Shown in pieces: positions 28,362-41,151 of a DNA stretch of 64,000 bases. The first letter of the stretch is position 1. Every line of letters starts with the position of its first letter. The stretch comes from Octopus vulgaris (lineage: Eukaryota): contig OX597839.1 of assembly GCA_951406725.2 (NCBI GenBank), positions 11,842,001 through 11,906,000 of the forward strand. The letters run 5' to 3'. The position numbers and the translations under genes were made by a program. The notes beneath the pieces are model-generated. The model did no database searches and had not been told where the DNA came from. It worked only from the letters and a program-made list of their open reading frames with translations.

Positions 28362-28610
28362 TCATACACACATACATATATATATATATACATACATACA
28401 TATATATATCCATACATATATACATATATATAATACACACATATATGTATATGTATATATCAGACACACACACATTTATATATAGATATACATATGTATA
28501 TTTGTGTGCGTGTGCATGTACATATGTGTGTCTGTATGCATGTATATATATATATATACATACACACACACATATATATATACATATATATATACACATA
28601 CATACATACA

Positions 28611-28672
<62 letters not shown>

Positions 28673-28716
28673 TTGATAGATAGATAGATGATAGATATAG
28701 GTAGATAGATACACAC

Positions 28717-28748
<32 letters not shown>

Positions 28749-29883
28749 GCACACACACACACATATAACCAACGCTACATTAAACATCCCATCAGAATGG
28801 AAAAGGACAACTGATTATTATTAGTAGTAGTATTATCAGGGTTTGTTCGATATGTATGTAGTTATATGAGTGTGTGTATGTTATGTATATAGGTATGTAT
28901 GTCTATATATATGTATATGGGTATGTATGTGTGAATGGACGTGTATATACGTATGTAAGAATGCATGTATGAACGCATGCGTGTACAAATATGTATACAC
29001 GTATTTATGTGTATAAGTGTGTGTGTGTGTGTATGTCTGTCTGTCTGTAAGTATGCATCGTTGCATGCATGTATGTATATGTGTGTATATACGCATATAC
29101 ACACAAGTATATATATGTTTATGTATGTATATGAGTGTGACTGTGCTTGTGTGTGTGCGAGAGAGAGACAGAAAGAAAGAAAGAGAGAGAGAGAGAGAAA
29201 GAAAGAAAGAAAGAGAGAGAGAAATAAAGAGAGAGAGAGAAAGAAAGAAAGAGAGAGAGACAGAAAGAGAGAGAGAGAGTGTGTGTGTATGGGTGTGTTT
29301 GTGTTAGGCTGGTTTTTACCTGTTTCTCTGTTAGTGTCTGTGCTAATGAATGTATGCATGTGTGTGTGTGTGTCCTTCCCACCCTCGCTACACACACACA
29401 CACGCGCGCAAACAGATACACATGTATGTTGATGTACATGGACTCATATACACACACATAAGCACAGTATATATCTGTGTTTGCGTGTGCCGCTCGCATG
29501 CGTGCGTTTGTGTATGGGTATGTATATGTGGGTATGAACGTACGAACGTATATGTATGTATTGTGGTAGGAATGAATGATATTGGAAATAGCAGCAATGA
29601 TGTAGATGAAGCTTCTATCATTACTTCAACCAAGATATCCGCCATTAGCTTCCGGCAAAACGTTTGCAAATTGCAGACATTTTGCTGAGAAATTGTGAGT
29701 CAATACACTAAGCTGTCTCTCTTTTAATTTCAGTAACCCTGGGGCCAGAAAAACAACAACAAAAACAGCAACAGCTTTATTAGACATTTGTTTCCCCCCC
29801 CCCTCACAGACGGCGAGAAATGTTTCCGCCCGGGGAAGTATAATAACAACGATAATATATACACTGCTCTAACCAGCTCTTCG

Positions 29884-29914
<31 letters not shown>

Positions 29915-29934
29915 GCTGCTGCTGCTTCTGATGA

Positions 29935-30005
<71 letters not shown>

Positions 30006-30088
30006 CTGATGATGATGATACTACTACTACTACTGCTGCTGCTTCTGATGATGATGATATTACTACTACTACTACTACCACCACCACC

Positions 30089-30186
<98 letters not shown>

Positions 30187-30198
30187 TAATAATGATAA

Positions 30199-30414
30199 TA
30201 ATCCTTTCTACTATAGACACAATGCGTGAAATGTTATAGTCGATTACATGTACCCCGGTATTCGTTATATTTTATCGACCCCCGACGGGATGGAAAGCAA
30301 AGTTTACGTCGGCGGAATTTGAACTCGGTATTTATGGACAGAATGCCACTAAACATTTTGTCGGGACTGTTAACGGTTCTGACAGCCTTGAACAACAACA
30401 ACAACAACAACAAC

Positions 30415-30462
<48 letters not shown>

Positions 30463-30663
30463 CGTTTCAAATTTTGTCACAAGGGTGGCAATTTTGAGGG
30501 AGGGGATGAGTCGATTACATCGATCCCAAAGTTCAACTGATACTTGTTCTATCTACCCCGGGAGGACGAAAGGCAAAGTCGACCTTGGCGGAATTTGATC
30601 TCAGAACGTAAAGACGGACGAAATATCGTTAAGCAATTTGCCCTTACTACTAAGGAGGTGGTT

Positions 30664-30729
<66 letters not shown>

Positions 30730-30790
30730 ATAGTAGTAGTTGTTGTTGTTGTGGTGACAGTAGTAACGATTCTACAGGCTCGCTGCCTTA
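30199..30790 (-). mobile_element. Two SINE-A2 copies, each abutting (AAT)n; the second is interrupted by an inverted (GTA)n block
   Basis: gtcgattacat...ggcggaattt reverse-complement matches. Confidence 0.8.
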
Positions 30791-30810
30791 CTACAACAAC
30801 AACAACAACA

Positions 30811-30859
<49 letters not shown>

Positions 30860-30959
30860 ATAATAATAATAATAATATTAATAATAATAATAATAATCGT
30901 TAGGTTTCCGTTGTTGTTGTTGCTTTGTTCCATACGAGTTGTTCTAAGTGTCGTCAAGA

Positions 30960-31435
30960 GACATCAGGGAACAGCAAATTTGGACGTTTTACGGTAGGTG
31001 TTATTTATGATAAGCCATGATAGATTTGAGGGAAAAGGAGATCAAATACTGAGAATTAAGATCTCGTTGAAAGTTTGTCGATGCTTAGTGGATCCTATCA
31101 AAGATGTTTTGATAACCATCCAATACTGTACTCAGATCCTTCTTTCTCTTCCAATAGTTTCAAGTTATGGCTTTATTGACCAGTAATTGATCAGCCATAA
31201 GACTCTTTAGAGCTTCCTCCAACTATTCCGGAAACAGGATGTTCTTTTACAGATATTTATCCGTCACGATGTTTTGCTGTCGACTGTTTTTAAGGCTTGT
31301 TTATTTAGTCAAGGAGATTAAGCTGCTTCTCTTGTCTCGGTGAGTCTCTCAAGTGTTGTCTACGACTCCACTTTTATCTCCGCGAACACCTTATGTGTCC
31401 TTGTTAAAGTATTCCAACCGCGAAGTTTGGCATCT
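30960..31435 (-). pseudogene. Highly decayed LINE reverse-transcriptase remnant
   Basis: KQALKTVD and GSTKHRQTFN loosely resemble KAFDTVD and QG.PLSP.LFN at plausible spacing. Confidence 0.3.
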
Positions 31436-31831
31436 TATTTCCTAATCAGGGCCAGATTCTCATAGCCATTCAGCACTTAAAAAATACTATTATATTTTGA
31501 GACTTAAATATCATTAGGAATTTGTATTAAAAAAATGTTTAAAATATTTATTGTATTTTAGAAGTTCAAGTAATTTATTGCACATAAATTTCAATAGTAA
31601 AATCTCTTATGGACACCCCACAATGGTCATATGGACCCCGACTGAGAGTGACTGGTATAACCGAACCTTAGGAAAGTCTGTAGTGTGACAGTAGGAAGGG
31701 TTTGTTAGACTTTACCAAGTTCCTAATGCAATTCCAGCATTTTTTTTTTATAATGGTGTTGCTGCTTCTTTTCTACTTTAGGCACAAGGCCCGAAATTTT
31801 GGGGGAGGGGGCCAGTCGATTAGATCGACCC

Positions 31832-32261
31832 CAGTTAAGACCTATAGTGGCCCTGAGCACTTAAAAAGATTTTACTGCCCCTGTATATGTGTGTGTATGT
31901 GTGTAATTCAAAATATAAACAATAATAAACCATAAAAGAAAGTGTCATTTTTAAAAATGAAATAAATCTAACAGTAAGACGGAAAATAATGTTTATTTTT
32001 GTATACTTCCACTATTTATATTTGAAAAGTTTTCTCCTATTTTTGACTGCAAGGTCGTTGATTAGATCTTGAAAATTAATCTTCCATAACATGTCTGCTT
32101 CTATACTTAATAGAGATAAGGCATCCCGAATATTATTTTAGCAAGTTTAAAGTAATTTCTTTTGTGCCATAAACCATTTACTCTTTTTGCGTTACCCCTT
32201 CCCTACTTCCCTTAATGCCATAAGCACGTGCTTATTTTGCTTAATGGCTAATCCAGCGCTG
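31832..32261. mobile_element. hAT-like non-autonomous element
   Basis: Right end gcttaatggctaatccagcgctg reads as a CAG-starting terminus; ggccctgagcactt internal motif. Confidence 0.4.
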
Positions 32262-32269
32262 CTCCCATT

Positions 32270-32985
32270 TGTTTGTATTTTCACGCGCAAGGGCTGCTTG
32301 TAACGTTTATATAGTCCTTGACGATTGTTCAGGTAACCGGTTCTGTTGTTTTAAACAAATTCGTTTTTCATAATTCCTTCTTCGCTGTCTCTGCTTCTCG
32401 CCATAATTGTTCTACTTCTCTTGCTGTTGGTGCTGTATTGATTTCTTGTTTTATTTTTCACCAAGTTCTTCGTTTGGAATCAAATCGTTTGTTTTGCTTA
32501 AAACATCCTTGCCGTTTTTCATACCGGCGGTTTCTTTGTGATTTATCGAAAAACTCTTGTTTCAGGCGTTCTTTAATTTCAGATATTTCTTTTCCTTTTT
32601 CTTTCATCTTTTTTGCTTATGTTATATTTCTGTAGAATTTATCTCATCTTCCTTCTTCTTTTTTCTTCAGTAACATCGTTTCGTTATTGATTCCCTAAGG
32701 AATGGAAGATCTTTTCTCTCATTCTTCTTCTTTTCTAACTTTTTTTCTCAATGTTTGCTTGGGTTTTGATATTTCTATACGACTACATCTCAGAGAATAC
32801 CCATTTTCTTTTCAACTACGTTGACTGTTGCGTATATTATTTCATTTAACCTGGTGATATTGATGTTTGTGTCCCCTTTCACTGAATCTGTAATGGTCGG
32901 GTTTGCGTTTTTTTTTAAAAATTATTATTGCCATTTTATCGTTGAAGTTTATCATTGGAAGTACTTTCGCTGATCCACAGGAAGA
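32270..32985 (-). pseudogene. R4/Dong-clade retrotransposon fragment (region N-terminal to RT)
   Basis: TNINITRLNEIIYAT...IKERLKQ...SQRNRRYEKR...FKQNKRF...APTAREVEQLW, with stops. Confidence 0.75.
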
Positions 32986-33337
32986 CAGTATTATTATTCA
33001 TGTTGTTGGTATTCTGGTTGTTGTTATTATTATTATTATTATTGTTGTTGTTGTTGTTGTTGTTGTTTTTATTGTTGTTGTTGTTGTTTTTGTTGTGTTA
33101 TCATTAAAATCATCATAATCATAATTGCTAGTACTACTACTACTACTGTTGTTATTCTTGTTCTTGCTCCTGTTGTCATTGTCATCATTATCATTATCAT
33201 TATTATTGCTGTTGTTGTTGCTGCTGCTGTTATTATTGTTCTTCTTTTTCCTGTTGCTATTGCTGTTGTTGTATTTGTATTTGTTGCTATTGCTGTTGTT
33301 GTATTTGTATTTGTTGTTGCTATTGTTATTGTTATTA

Positions 33338-33392
<55 letters not shown>

Positions 33393-33508
33393 AATAAACC
33401 AGGGCACCAGGCCATGTTTTCGCTGGCAGCAAGAAACAATTTCCGCCAGAAACCAAATAAATAAAAGCAAATGAAATATAAAAAAATAACAAAAAAAATC
33501 CCTCTCCA

Positions 33509-33541
<33 letters not shown>

Positions 33542-33817
33542 TCATAGAAGCGAATGAAAATCATTGAAAGTGTATTTATTATGTTATTAGAAACCAGGTC
33601 GATATCAGTCCTCTCTGTAGTTCTTCAGTTGGAATCGGTCCAACAATGATTCTAAAGATGGCTGCCAATTTGTTCTGTAAGTATCTGTCTGTCTACCTGC
33701 CGGTCTGTCTGTCTTTATCAATTGAACGCCATTACAATTGGAGCGAGGCCACCAATAAAAGATTTCAGCCATTATCTGAGATTCTTTCTTTTTCTCTCCA
33801 TATCTTTCCTCTCATTG

Positions 33818-33848
<31 letters not shown>

Positions 33849-34128
33849 CCTTCTGTCTCTTTCTCTCTCTCTCTTTCCCCTCTCCAAATAATATTGGTAC
33901 GTTTCATTGTGTGATCTCACTTATTTGTCACGTATTAATTGAGAGTCAATACAAGTGTTTCGTGGTACAGAACCACCACCACCACCACCGCACCACCGCC
34001 ACCGCCATCAGCATCGCCATCACCAGCATCAGCACCAATAATAATAATGCTGATGGTAACTATAATGACGAAAATAGTGATGTCGATAATGATAAATAAT
34101 AACCATATCGATAGCGCTAAAATTATGT

Positions 34129-34215
<87 letters not shown>

Positions 34216-34222
<7 letters not shown>

Positions 34223-34367
34223 TAGTTTTATTTTTATAGCGTGCTTTCACTTCACTACCGAGCTCAGCTCTGTGTGCCTTGGGTATGTGCTGTGATTTGT
34301 TGTGATACTCTGATGGTTATTGTATTGAAAGTGTTCTGCGTAGGATGTGTGCAGTGCCTAGTAGTGC

Positions 34368-34371
<4 letters not shown>
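34216..34371 (-). pseudogene. 5'-truncated R4/Dong 3' tip inserted in (TAA)n
   Basis: IALLGTAHILRRTLSIQ* plus a short UTR; flanked by (TTA)n on both sides. Confidence 0.8.
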
Positions 34372-34409
<38 letters not shown>

Positions 34410-34410
34410 A

Positions 34411-35405
34411 ATTCCTTCGCAACACAGAGTACGTACAAATGCACCGGGGTCTTTAGTCACCTGTCAAGTCACAACAAGGACCTCAGACAGATAATACTTT
34501 CCTTTAGATATGCGCTGTGCCCAATAAGGCTGCTTTTTGCATGGGGTTTCCGGTTGCCTTAAAAAGTTTTGAAGCTCCAATGGGATTGAGCCCAACGCTC
34601 CGATCACCACTGGTATCACTTTTACATTACCCCCTCGCATCCTATACAGTCTTGCCATTTCCACTATCAATTCGGAGTACTTGGTGATTTTTTTCAAACT
34701 CTTTACTCACAACATTCATGTCATTTGGTATGGCTACATCAATGATCTGACAGTATTTGTCTCTCTTATTCAATACGGCAATATCTGGCCGACGGTGTTC
34801 GATTACACGATCCGTCTGAAAATCATAGTCCCAGAATATCGTTACTTTTCCATCCTCTTGCATAACTTTACTTGGTATATGCTCACACCAGTTCTCTGTT
34901 ACTTCGTATTGGTATTTATGGCATAAGAGCCAATGAAGATACACACACACACACACTTTATCGTGACGGGGCTTATATTCTTTTTGTGCAAGGCTCTCAC
35001 ATCCACTTACCAAGTGGGTCACATTTTCTATACTCTTTCCACAGAGTCTGCGTTTCTGGGCGTCAGAAGTTTTATAGATGTTATCCTTCACTGAATTGGT
35101 AGCGAGAGCCTGGTCTTAGGCAGCAATGATCAGGCTTTCGGTGGTACGCTTCAAATCACCTCAAGCCATGCCCACGATGCTGTATTATCCTTAACGTCCT
35201 GTGTATTGCTTTCAAACTGTCCATGCATTCTGATTTCAAGGTCTTCCTTTCTCTTCTCAGCTCTTTGGTTAAATTTCTCCTTGCCCATCATTTCATCTGC
35301 ATTTACACCCATATCTTATTGCAGCAGGTCTTCATCCCTATTTATCAAATACTCGGCAAGCATTCTCCTTCCGTTCCTTATACAATGATCTATACTAATT
35401 AGTCC
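34411..35405 (-). pseudogene. R4/Dong-clade retrotransposon 3' end (zinc knuckle plus RLE endonuclease)
   Basis: LIIAA*DQAL..N; RLCGKSIENVTHLVSGC...RHD; IFWDYDFQTDRVIEHRRPDI...IIDVAIP; VIPVVIGALG; 3' end abuts (TAA)n; frameshifted. Confidence 0.93.
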
Positions 35406-35521
35406 TTTTCGGGGAGGGGGATAGTCGATTACATCGACCCAAGTGTTCCACTAGTACTTAATTTATTGACCCCGAAAGGATGAAAAGCAAAATCGATCTC
35501 GGCGAAATTTGAACTCAGAAT
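35405..35521 (-). mobile_element. SINE-A2 fragment, head-to-head with the following array
   Basis: Reverse-complement SINE body ending at gaactcagaatac. Confidence 0.85.
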
Positions 35522-35522
35522 A

Positions 35523-36040
35523 CCGAGGTCGACTATGCCTTTCATCCTTTCGGGGTCGATTAAATAAGTACCAGTTACGCACTGGTGTCGATTTAATCGA
35601 CTTAATCCCTTTGTCTGTCCTTATTTGTACCCTCTGTGTTTAGCCCCTTGTGGGTAGTAAAGAAATAGGTATTTCGTCTGCCGCTACGTTCTGAGTTCAA
35701 ATTCCGCCGAGGTCGACTTTGCCTTTCATTCTTTCGGGGTCGATTAAATAAGTACCAATTACGCACTGGGGTCGATGTAATCGACTTAATCCCTTTGTCT
35801 GTCCTTGTTTGTACCCTCTGAGTTTAATCCCTTGTGGGTAGTAAAGAAATAGAAATAGGTATTTTGTCTGCCGCTACGTTCTGAGTTCAAATTCCGCCGA
35901 GGTCGACTTTGCCTTTCATCCATTCGGGGTCGATTAAATAAGTACTAGTTACGCACTGAGGTCGATATAATCGACTTAATCTGTTTGTCTGCCCTTGTTT
36001 GTGCTCTCTGAGTCTAGCCCTTGTGGGTAGTAAAGAAACA
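35523..36040 (+). mobile_element. Head-to-tail trimer of 5'-truncated SINE-A (~180-bp units)
   Basis: Both junctions read aagaaata|ggtattt(c/t)gtctgccgctacg. Confidence 0.93.
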
Positions 36041-37344
36041 GGTATTTATAAACACCACCTTGCCCACGGTCTGAGAAGAGAAAATTGACGGAATTTACTT
36101 TTATCAGCACCGTCCTATTTTCTGGTGGTGATGAGATGGAGGGTGACCGACAAGAACGAACTCTTGGACAGGGTCAAAAGCGCGGCCAGAGAACGCTGCT
36201 CATAATATACTACAAGCTGAAGCAACGGAGATAGAGGGTGAGAATGACTCGTCCTTAGTCCAGAAACCGCTGATCTGAGGCCTCTACCAGCCTAGTAACT
36301 AGCAGTGTCAACGCAACAAGAGATGGTGGGTTCAATGTGGCAGACTCGAGAGCAGTGAAAGGGCAGATAAAGAAAGAGGAGTGAAAGACCCCCATAAAGA
36401 AAAATATACGCCAATGGATGGTGTGTAGAAGGTATAAAGAAACTACCATCCAGCAGGCTAATTTAGTTTCTTAGACATTATGGTAATGTTCTGACAAGTT
36501 CTGAACACACATTTTGGTAATGCTGTATGGCAGCGACAAACAGACATATTGGTTATATATTGCTGAATTCACAAATAGAACATTTTGCCAATGTTTTGTC
36601 CAACTCACAAACAGACAATTCCCGTGTGGCTGATAAAAACCCTATAAAATCGAGAATAAAAAGGAAAATTCACGAGCTCTTTTGCCCCACTCTCTTTCTT
36701 TCTCCCTCCAAACAACATGGCTACCTTTCATTGTATGATCTTAGTTGTTTGTCACGTATTAATTCTGACTCTTGAATACAAATAATTCGTGGTTAAAAAA
36801 AAAAGAGAAAGAAAGAACAAAGGTAAAAAGAAAGAAAAGAAAACAAGGAATAGAAATTAAATATAAGCAAACAAGCAAACAAGGAACGTGTTTCTTGTTC
36901 AATATTTTGTACAATAAACACAATAAACTAAATCACTTATACTGGTTGGTCACGTGTCACGTAGTGGTCAGCTGGATGACTAATAGATAGACACCAAAAG
37001 GAGCTCTGTCATTACTGAGATGTATTATCATCGTTGTTATTTAACCATGGGTCAGTGCTGCTCGCATGACGACGCCTCTGAGACCGCTAAACTGGGATGA
37101 TTCCAGCTCTGTCAAGCAAGAGCAAGAAGCAAAGCGAAGCAGCATTTTTGTTTGCGTAGACCTATGATCCTAAGCGTTCAAGCCGTGACCATACAGCAAG
37201 GACTATTACACTTTGTAATGTTCTTGATGTTGATATTGTTGTTTGTTGTTTCGCCCCCGGTTAGCCTTGACCGAGCAGAGCTATGACCGGAATGAAATGT
37301 GCTCCAGCCATTATCATACGCGTCTTTTCATTTCCATTAAATAC

Positions 37345-38212
37345 TTGTTTTAGTTATTAGACTGCGGCCATGCTGGGGCACCGCCTTGAACCTTTTGTTG
37401 AATGAATCGACCCCAGTACTTACATTTTCTCAAAGCCTGGTACTTATCCTATCGGTTTCTTTTGCCGAACTGCAAAGTTACGAGGACGCGAACACACCAG
37501 CACCGGTTGTCAAGCGGTGATGCTAGGAACTCGATATTTAAGAAATCTTTTATTTTTATAATTAGATATTATTAGGAATCACATTCTTTTATTTGTTTCA
37601 AGCTTGATACTTATTTTATTGAACACATCTTACGTACCGCTAAGTCACAAGGATGTAAACAAACTGACCGCGCTTGTCAAACGGTGGTGGGGAACAGACA
37701 CAAACGCGCGCACACACACATGCATATAATATATATATATATATATATATAACGGGAAGCTTTATGAAAATAGACAAAAGACGAAGGCAGGTTTACGGAA
37801 ATAAACAAAAGACGAAGGCAGGTGGAATACAAACAAACAATTGTATTAGTATGGCGCTCAGGAAATATAAATAAAACAAGTCTTTAACGTTTCGAGCCTA
37901 CGCTCTTCAACAGAAAGATACACAGAGAAAAAACACAGAAAGGAGACAAAAAAAATTTTTGCGTGCAGAAGCTAGCGAATCAACATGGCGATATATATAT
38001 ATATATATATATAGGAAATCCCCACCAAATAAAACGAAGAACAAACACACACACACACAAAACAACAACGCGAATACGTGGTAAAGTATTAACAGACGCT
38101 CAGGAGGGAAAGAAAGGTGGTTTTACGTTTCGGGCAAGGTTTTTCTTCAGAGGAAAGTCCAATAGAAAAGGAAGTCGGAGGAAAAGAAATCGCCATCGAT
38201 TCACAAGTGGTT

Positions 38213-38246
<34 letters not shown>

Positions 38247-38512
38247 GGAATTTACAAAAAAAAAACAAAAAAACAAAACAAAAGACGAAGACGGGTGTGT
38301 AAACAAAAAACAGATGTAGTAGTTTAACGCTCGGGAAGTGAGAAAGTCTTTTACGTTTCGAGCCTACGCTCTTCAATAGAAACGATGGGATTCTTTTCAG
38401 TTTCCGCCTGCCAAATCTACTGAAAAGGCTTAGGTCGACCCGATTCTATAGTAGAAGTCACTTGCCCAAGGTGCCACATAGTGTGACTGAACCCGGAACC
38501 ATGTGGTTGGCA
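37345..38512 (-). mobile_element. SINE-B pieces whose internal (TA)n hosts three hammerhead-bearing elements
   Basis: SINE-B 3' half before 37720 and 5' half after 38385. Confidence 0.75.
37750..38383 (-). mobile_element. Three tandem short hammerhead-bearing elements (H-II, H-I, H-II)
   Basis: Minus strand: tcttt-CTGTTGA-A-GAGC-gtag-GCTC-GAAACGTT-aaaga (37881-37918); CTGAAGA...CGAAACGTA (38119-38156); CTATTGA-A-GAGC-gtag-GCTC-GAAACGTA (38346-38383); separated by (TA)n. Confidence 0.65.
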
Positions 38513-38958
38513 AATTAGTTTTAGTATAAGACTAGTCTTTCCGTTTACGAGAAGACGTCCAGTTAAAGATTGGTCATTCGATTTAGGACCAGTCATTACG
38601 TTTGAGATTAGTCTTAACGTTGGTCGTTCGGTTGAAGTTAGTGATCCACTTGAGACTGATCAATGTTTATATTGAGACTGAAGTAAATGGCGGACCTATT
38701 TGCATTTAACACGGCAGAATTGAGCGCCAGTTGATTAAACATATCATCGTAATCGTCATCGCCTTCATCATCGTGGTCGCTATCGTAATCGTCATCGCCT
38801 TCATCATCGTGGTCGCTATCGTCGTCATCATCATTCTTATCCTCATCAACACCATCACCATCACCATCAAAGTCGTCGTCATTGTCTCTATCATCGTCAT
38901 CACCATCATTATCGTCGTCGTCATCATCACAATCATCGTTATCATGATCATCAGGATA

Positions 38959-38993
<35 letters not shown>

Positions 38994-39199
38994 CGTCATC
39001 ATCATCATCGTCGTCGTCGTCATTCCCGTCCCCCTATTCCTGATTATCGTCGTCAGTATCATGATCATCACCATCAGCATTACCACCACCACCACCAAAA
39101 CCACCACCATCAAAACCACCAACACCACAGCAATCAACCACAACATGCCACGCACCAGCATATGCAACTTGAACAGAACAATAACAACCACAACAGCAA

Positions 39200-39232
<33 letters not shown>

Positions 39233-39294
39233 CGAAAGCAACAGCAGTAAAAAGCTGGACCATCAACATCAGCAACAGCCGTTCAAGAATTTGG

Positions 39295-39586
39295 AACTGA
39301 ATAAGTACCAGTTACGCACTAGGGTCGATATAATCGACTTAATCCGTCTGTCTGTCCTTGTTTGTCCCCTCTGTGTTTAGCCCCTTGTGGGTAGTAAAGA
39401 AATAGGTATTTCGTCTGTCGCTACGTTCTGAGTTCAAATTCCGCCGAGGTCGACTTTGCCTTTCATCCTTTCAAGATCGATAAATTAAGGACCAGTTACA
39501 CACTGGGGGCGATATAATCAACTTAATCCGTTTATCTGTCCTTGTTTGTCCCCTCTGTGTTTAGCCCCTTGTGGGTAGTAAAGAAA
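39295..39586 (+). mobile_element. SINE-A dimer flanked by a ~46-55-bp direct repeat
   Basis: Same gaaata|ggtatttcgtc junction; flanking acgaaagcaacagcagtaaaaagct(g/a)gacca(t/g)caacatcagcaaca duplicated. Confidence 0.88.
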
Positions 39587-40344
39587 CAAAAACAACAACA
39601 ACGAAAGCAACAGCAGTAAAAAGCTAGACCAGCAACATCAGCAACAACAACAACAACAACAACAAAATCAAAAACAACAACAACACTAGCAACGACAACA
39701 TCAATGATTATAACAACACCAGTAACAGCAACAACAACAGCAATAACTACTACAAGCTGTACGTAAAGGAACATGGCTGGCTGGTGTTAGTTTTAAAACA
39801 GTTGGCCAATTGAAAATGTCTTAATTGACACTTGATGCTGTCGTCTGCCAAAACTCATTCATTTCATTTAATGTTTCCAATAATAATTATTGATCTTTCA
39901 GCAACATGTTTGAAACCACGACTGCTGCCGCTTGCTGTAGTTTGTTCTATGAATGAGGGGGTGGAGAATGGCGGCGTGCGTGCGTGCGTACGTGCGTGCG
40001 TGCGTGTGTGTGTGTGTGTGTGTGATGATAACAGGAGGTGAGGGTCACGCAGTGTTCGCTGTGTTGCACTTAAAACACGGCAAGGAAGGGCATGCTGCCC
40101 GACTGAATGTGTCACGTGCATCCTCTTTTGTCCTCCGTTTTGTTCCATCGAGGTATTGTGATAATAGTGATGGTGGTGGCGGTGGTTGAGATGTTGGTGA
40201 TGGTGGTGGCGGTGGTTGTGATGTTGGTGATGGCGATAATGATGATGAAGAGGAGGCATTGTAGCGACATCAAATGCTTTTTGTATTCAGTCAATCTCTC
40301 TTAATGGATGCATGTTTATCATATATTTCCGTTTGGTTATATTA

Positions 40345-40653
40345 TGTATCACAATGATGAGGTAGTGAGTTCGATTTCCGGGCCGGGCTGTGTGGTGTGT
40401 TCTTGAGCAAGACACTTTATTTCACGTTGCTCCAGTTCACTCAGCTGTAGAAATTAGTTTCGACATCACTGGGGCCAAGGTGTATTCAGCCTTTGCCTTT
40501 CCCTTGGATTACATCAGTGGTATGGAGAGGGGGAGACTGGTATGCATGGGTGACTGGTGCTCTTCCATAAACAACCTTGGCCAGACTTGTGCCTCGGAGA
40601 GGAGCTTTCTGGGTGCAATCTCATGGTCATTCATGACCGAAGAGGCTTTTTAT

Positions 40654-40657
<4 letters not shown>
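40345..40657 (+). mobile_element. CORE-like tRNA-derived SINE (family F)
   Basis: gagttcgatttcc B-box; gtgttcttgagcaagacacttt; ccagttcactcagctgtaga. Confidence 0.75.
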
Positions 40658-40711
<54 letters not shown>

Positions 40712-40869
40712 GGGTGGCTGTGTGGTGGTAAGTAGCTTGCTTACGAACCACATGGTTCCGGGTTCAGTCCCACTGCGCGGAACCTTGGACAAGTGTCTTC
40801 TACTATAGCCTCGGGCCGACCAAAGCCTTGTGAGTGGATTTGGTAGACGGAAACCGAAAGAAGCCCGTC

Positions 40870-40928
<59 letters not shown>

Positions 40929-41151
40929 CTTATGCTTGTGTGTCTGGGTTTGTCACCCCCCAACATCGCTTGACAACTGATGCTGGTGTGTTTACGTCCC
41001 CGTAACTTAGCGGTTCGGCAAAAGATACCGATCGAATAAGTACCAGGCTTACAAAGAATAAGTTCTGGGGTCGATTTGCTCGACTAAAGGTAGACGAAAT
41101 ACAGCTAAGCATTTCGCCCGGCGTGCTAACGTTTCTGCCAGCTCGCCGCCT
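40712..41151 (+). mobile_element. SINE-B fused at its 3' end to an inverted SINE-A head
   Basis: ...gctcgactaaagg|tagacgaaatacagctaagcatttcgcccggcgtgctaacgtttctgccagctcgccgcc. Confidence 0.88.

Noticed and set aside
34642-35091. Functional stand-alone nuclease gene
   Set aside because: Frameshifted, 5'-truncated retrotransposon RLE domain
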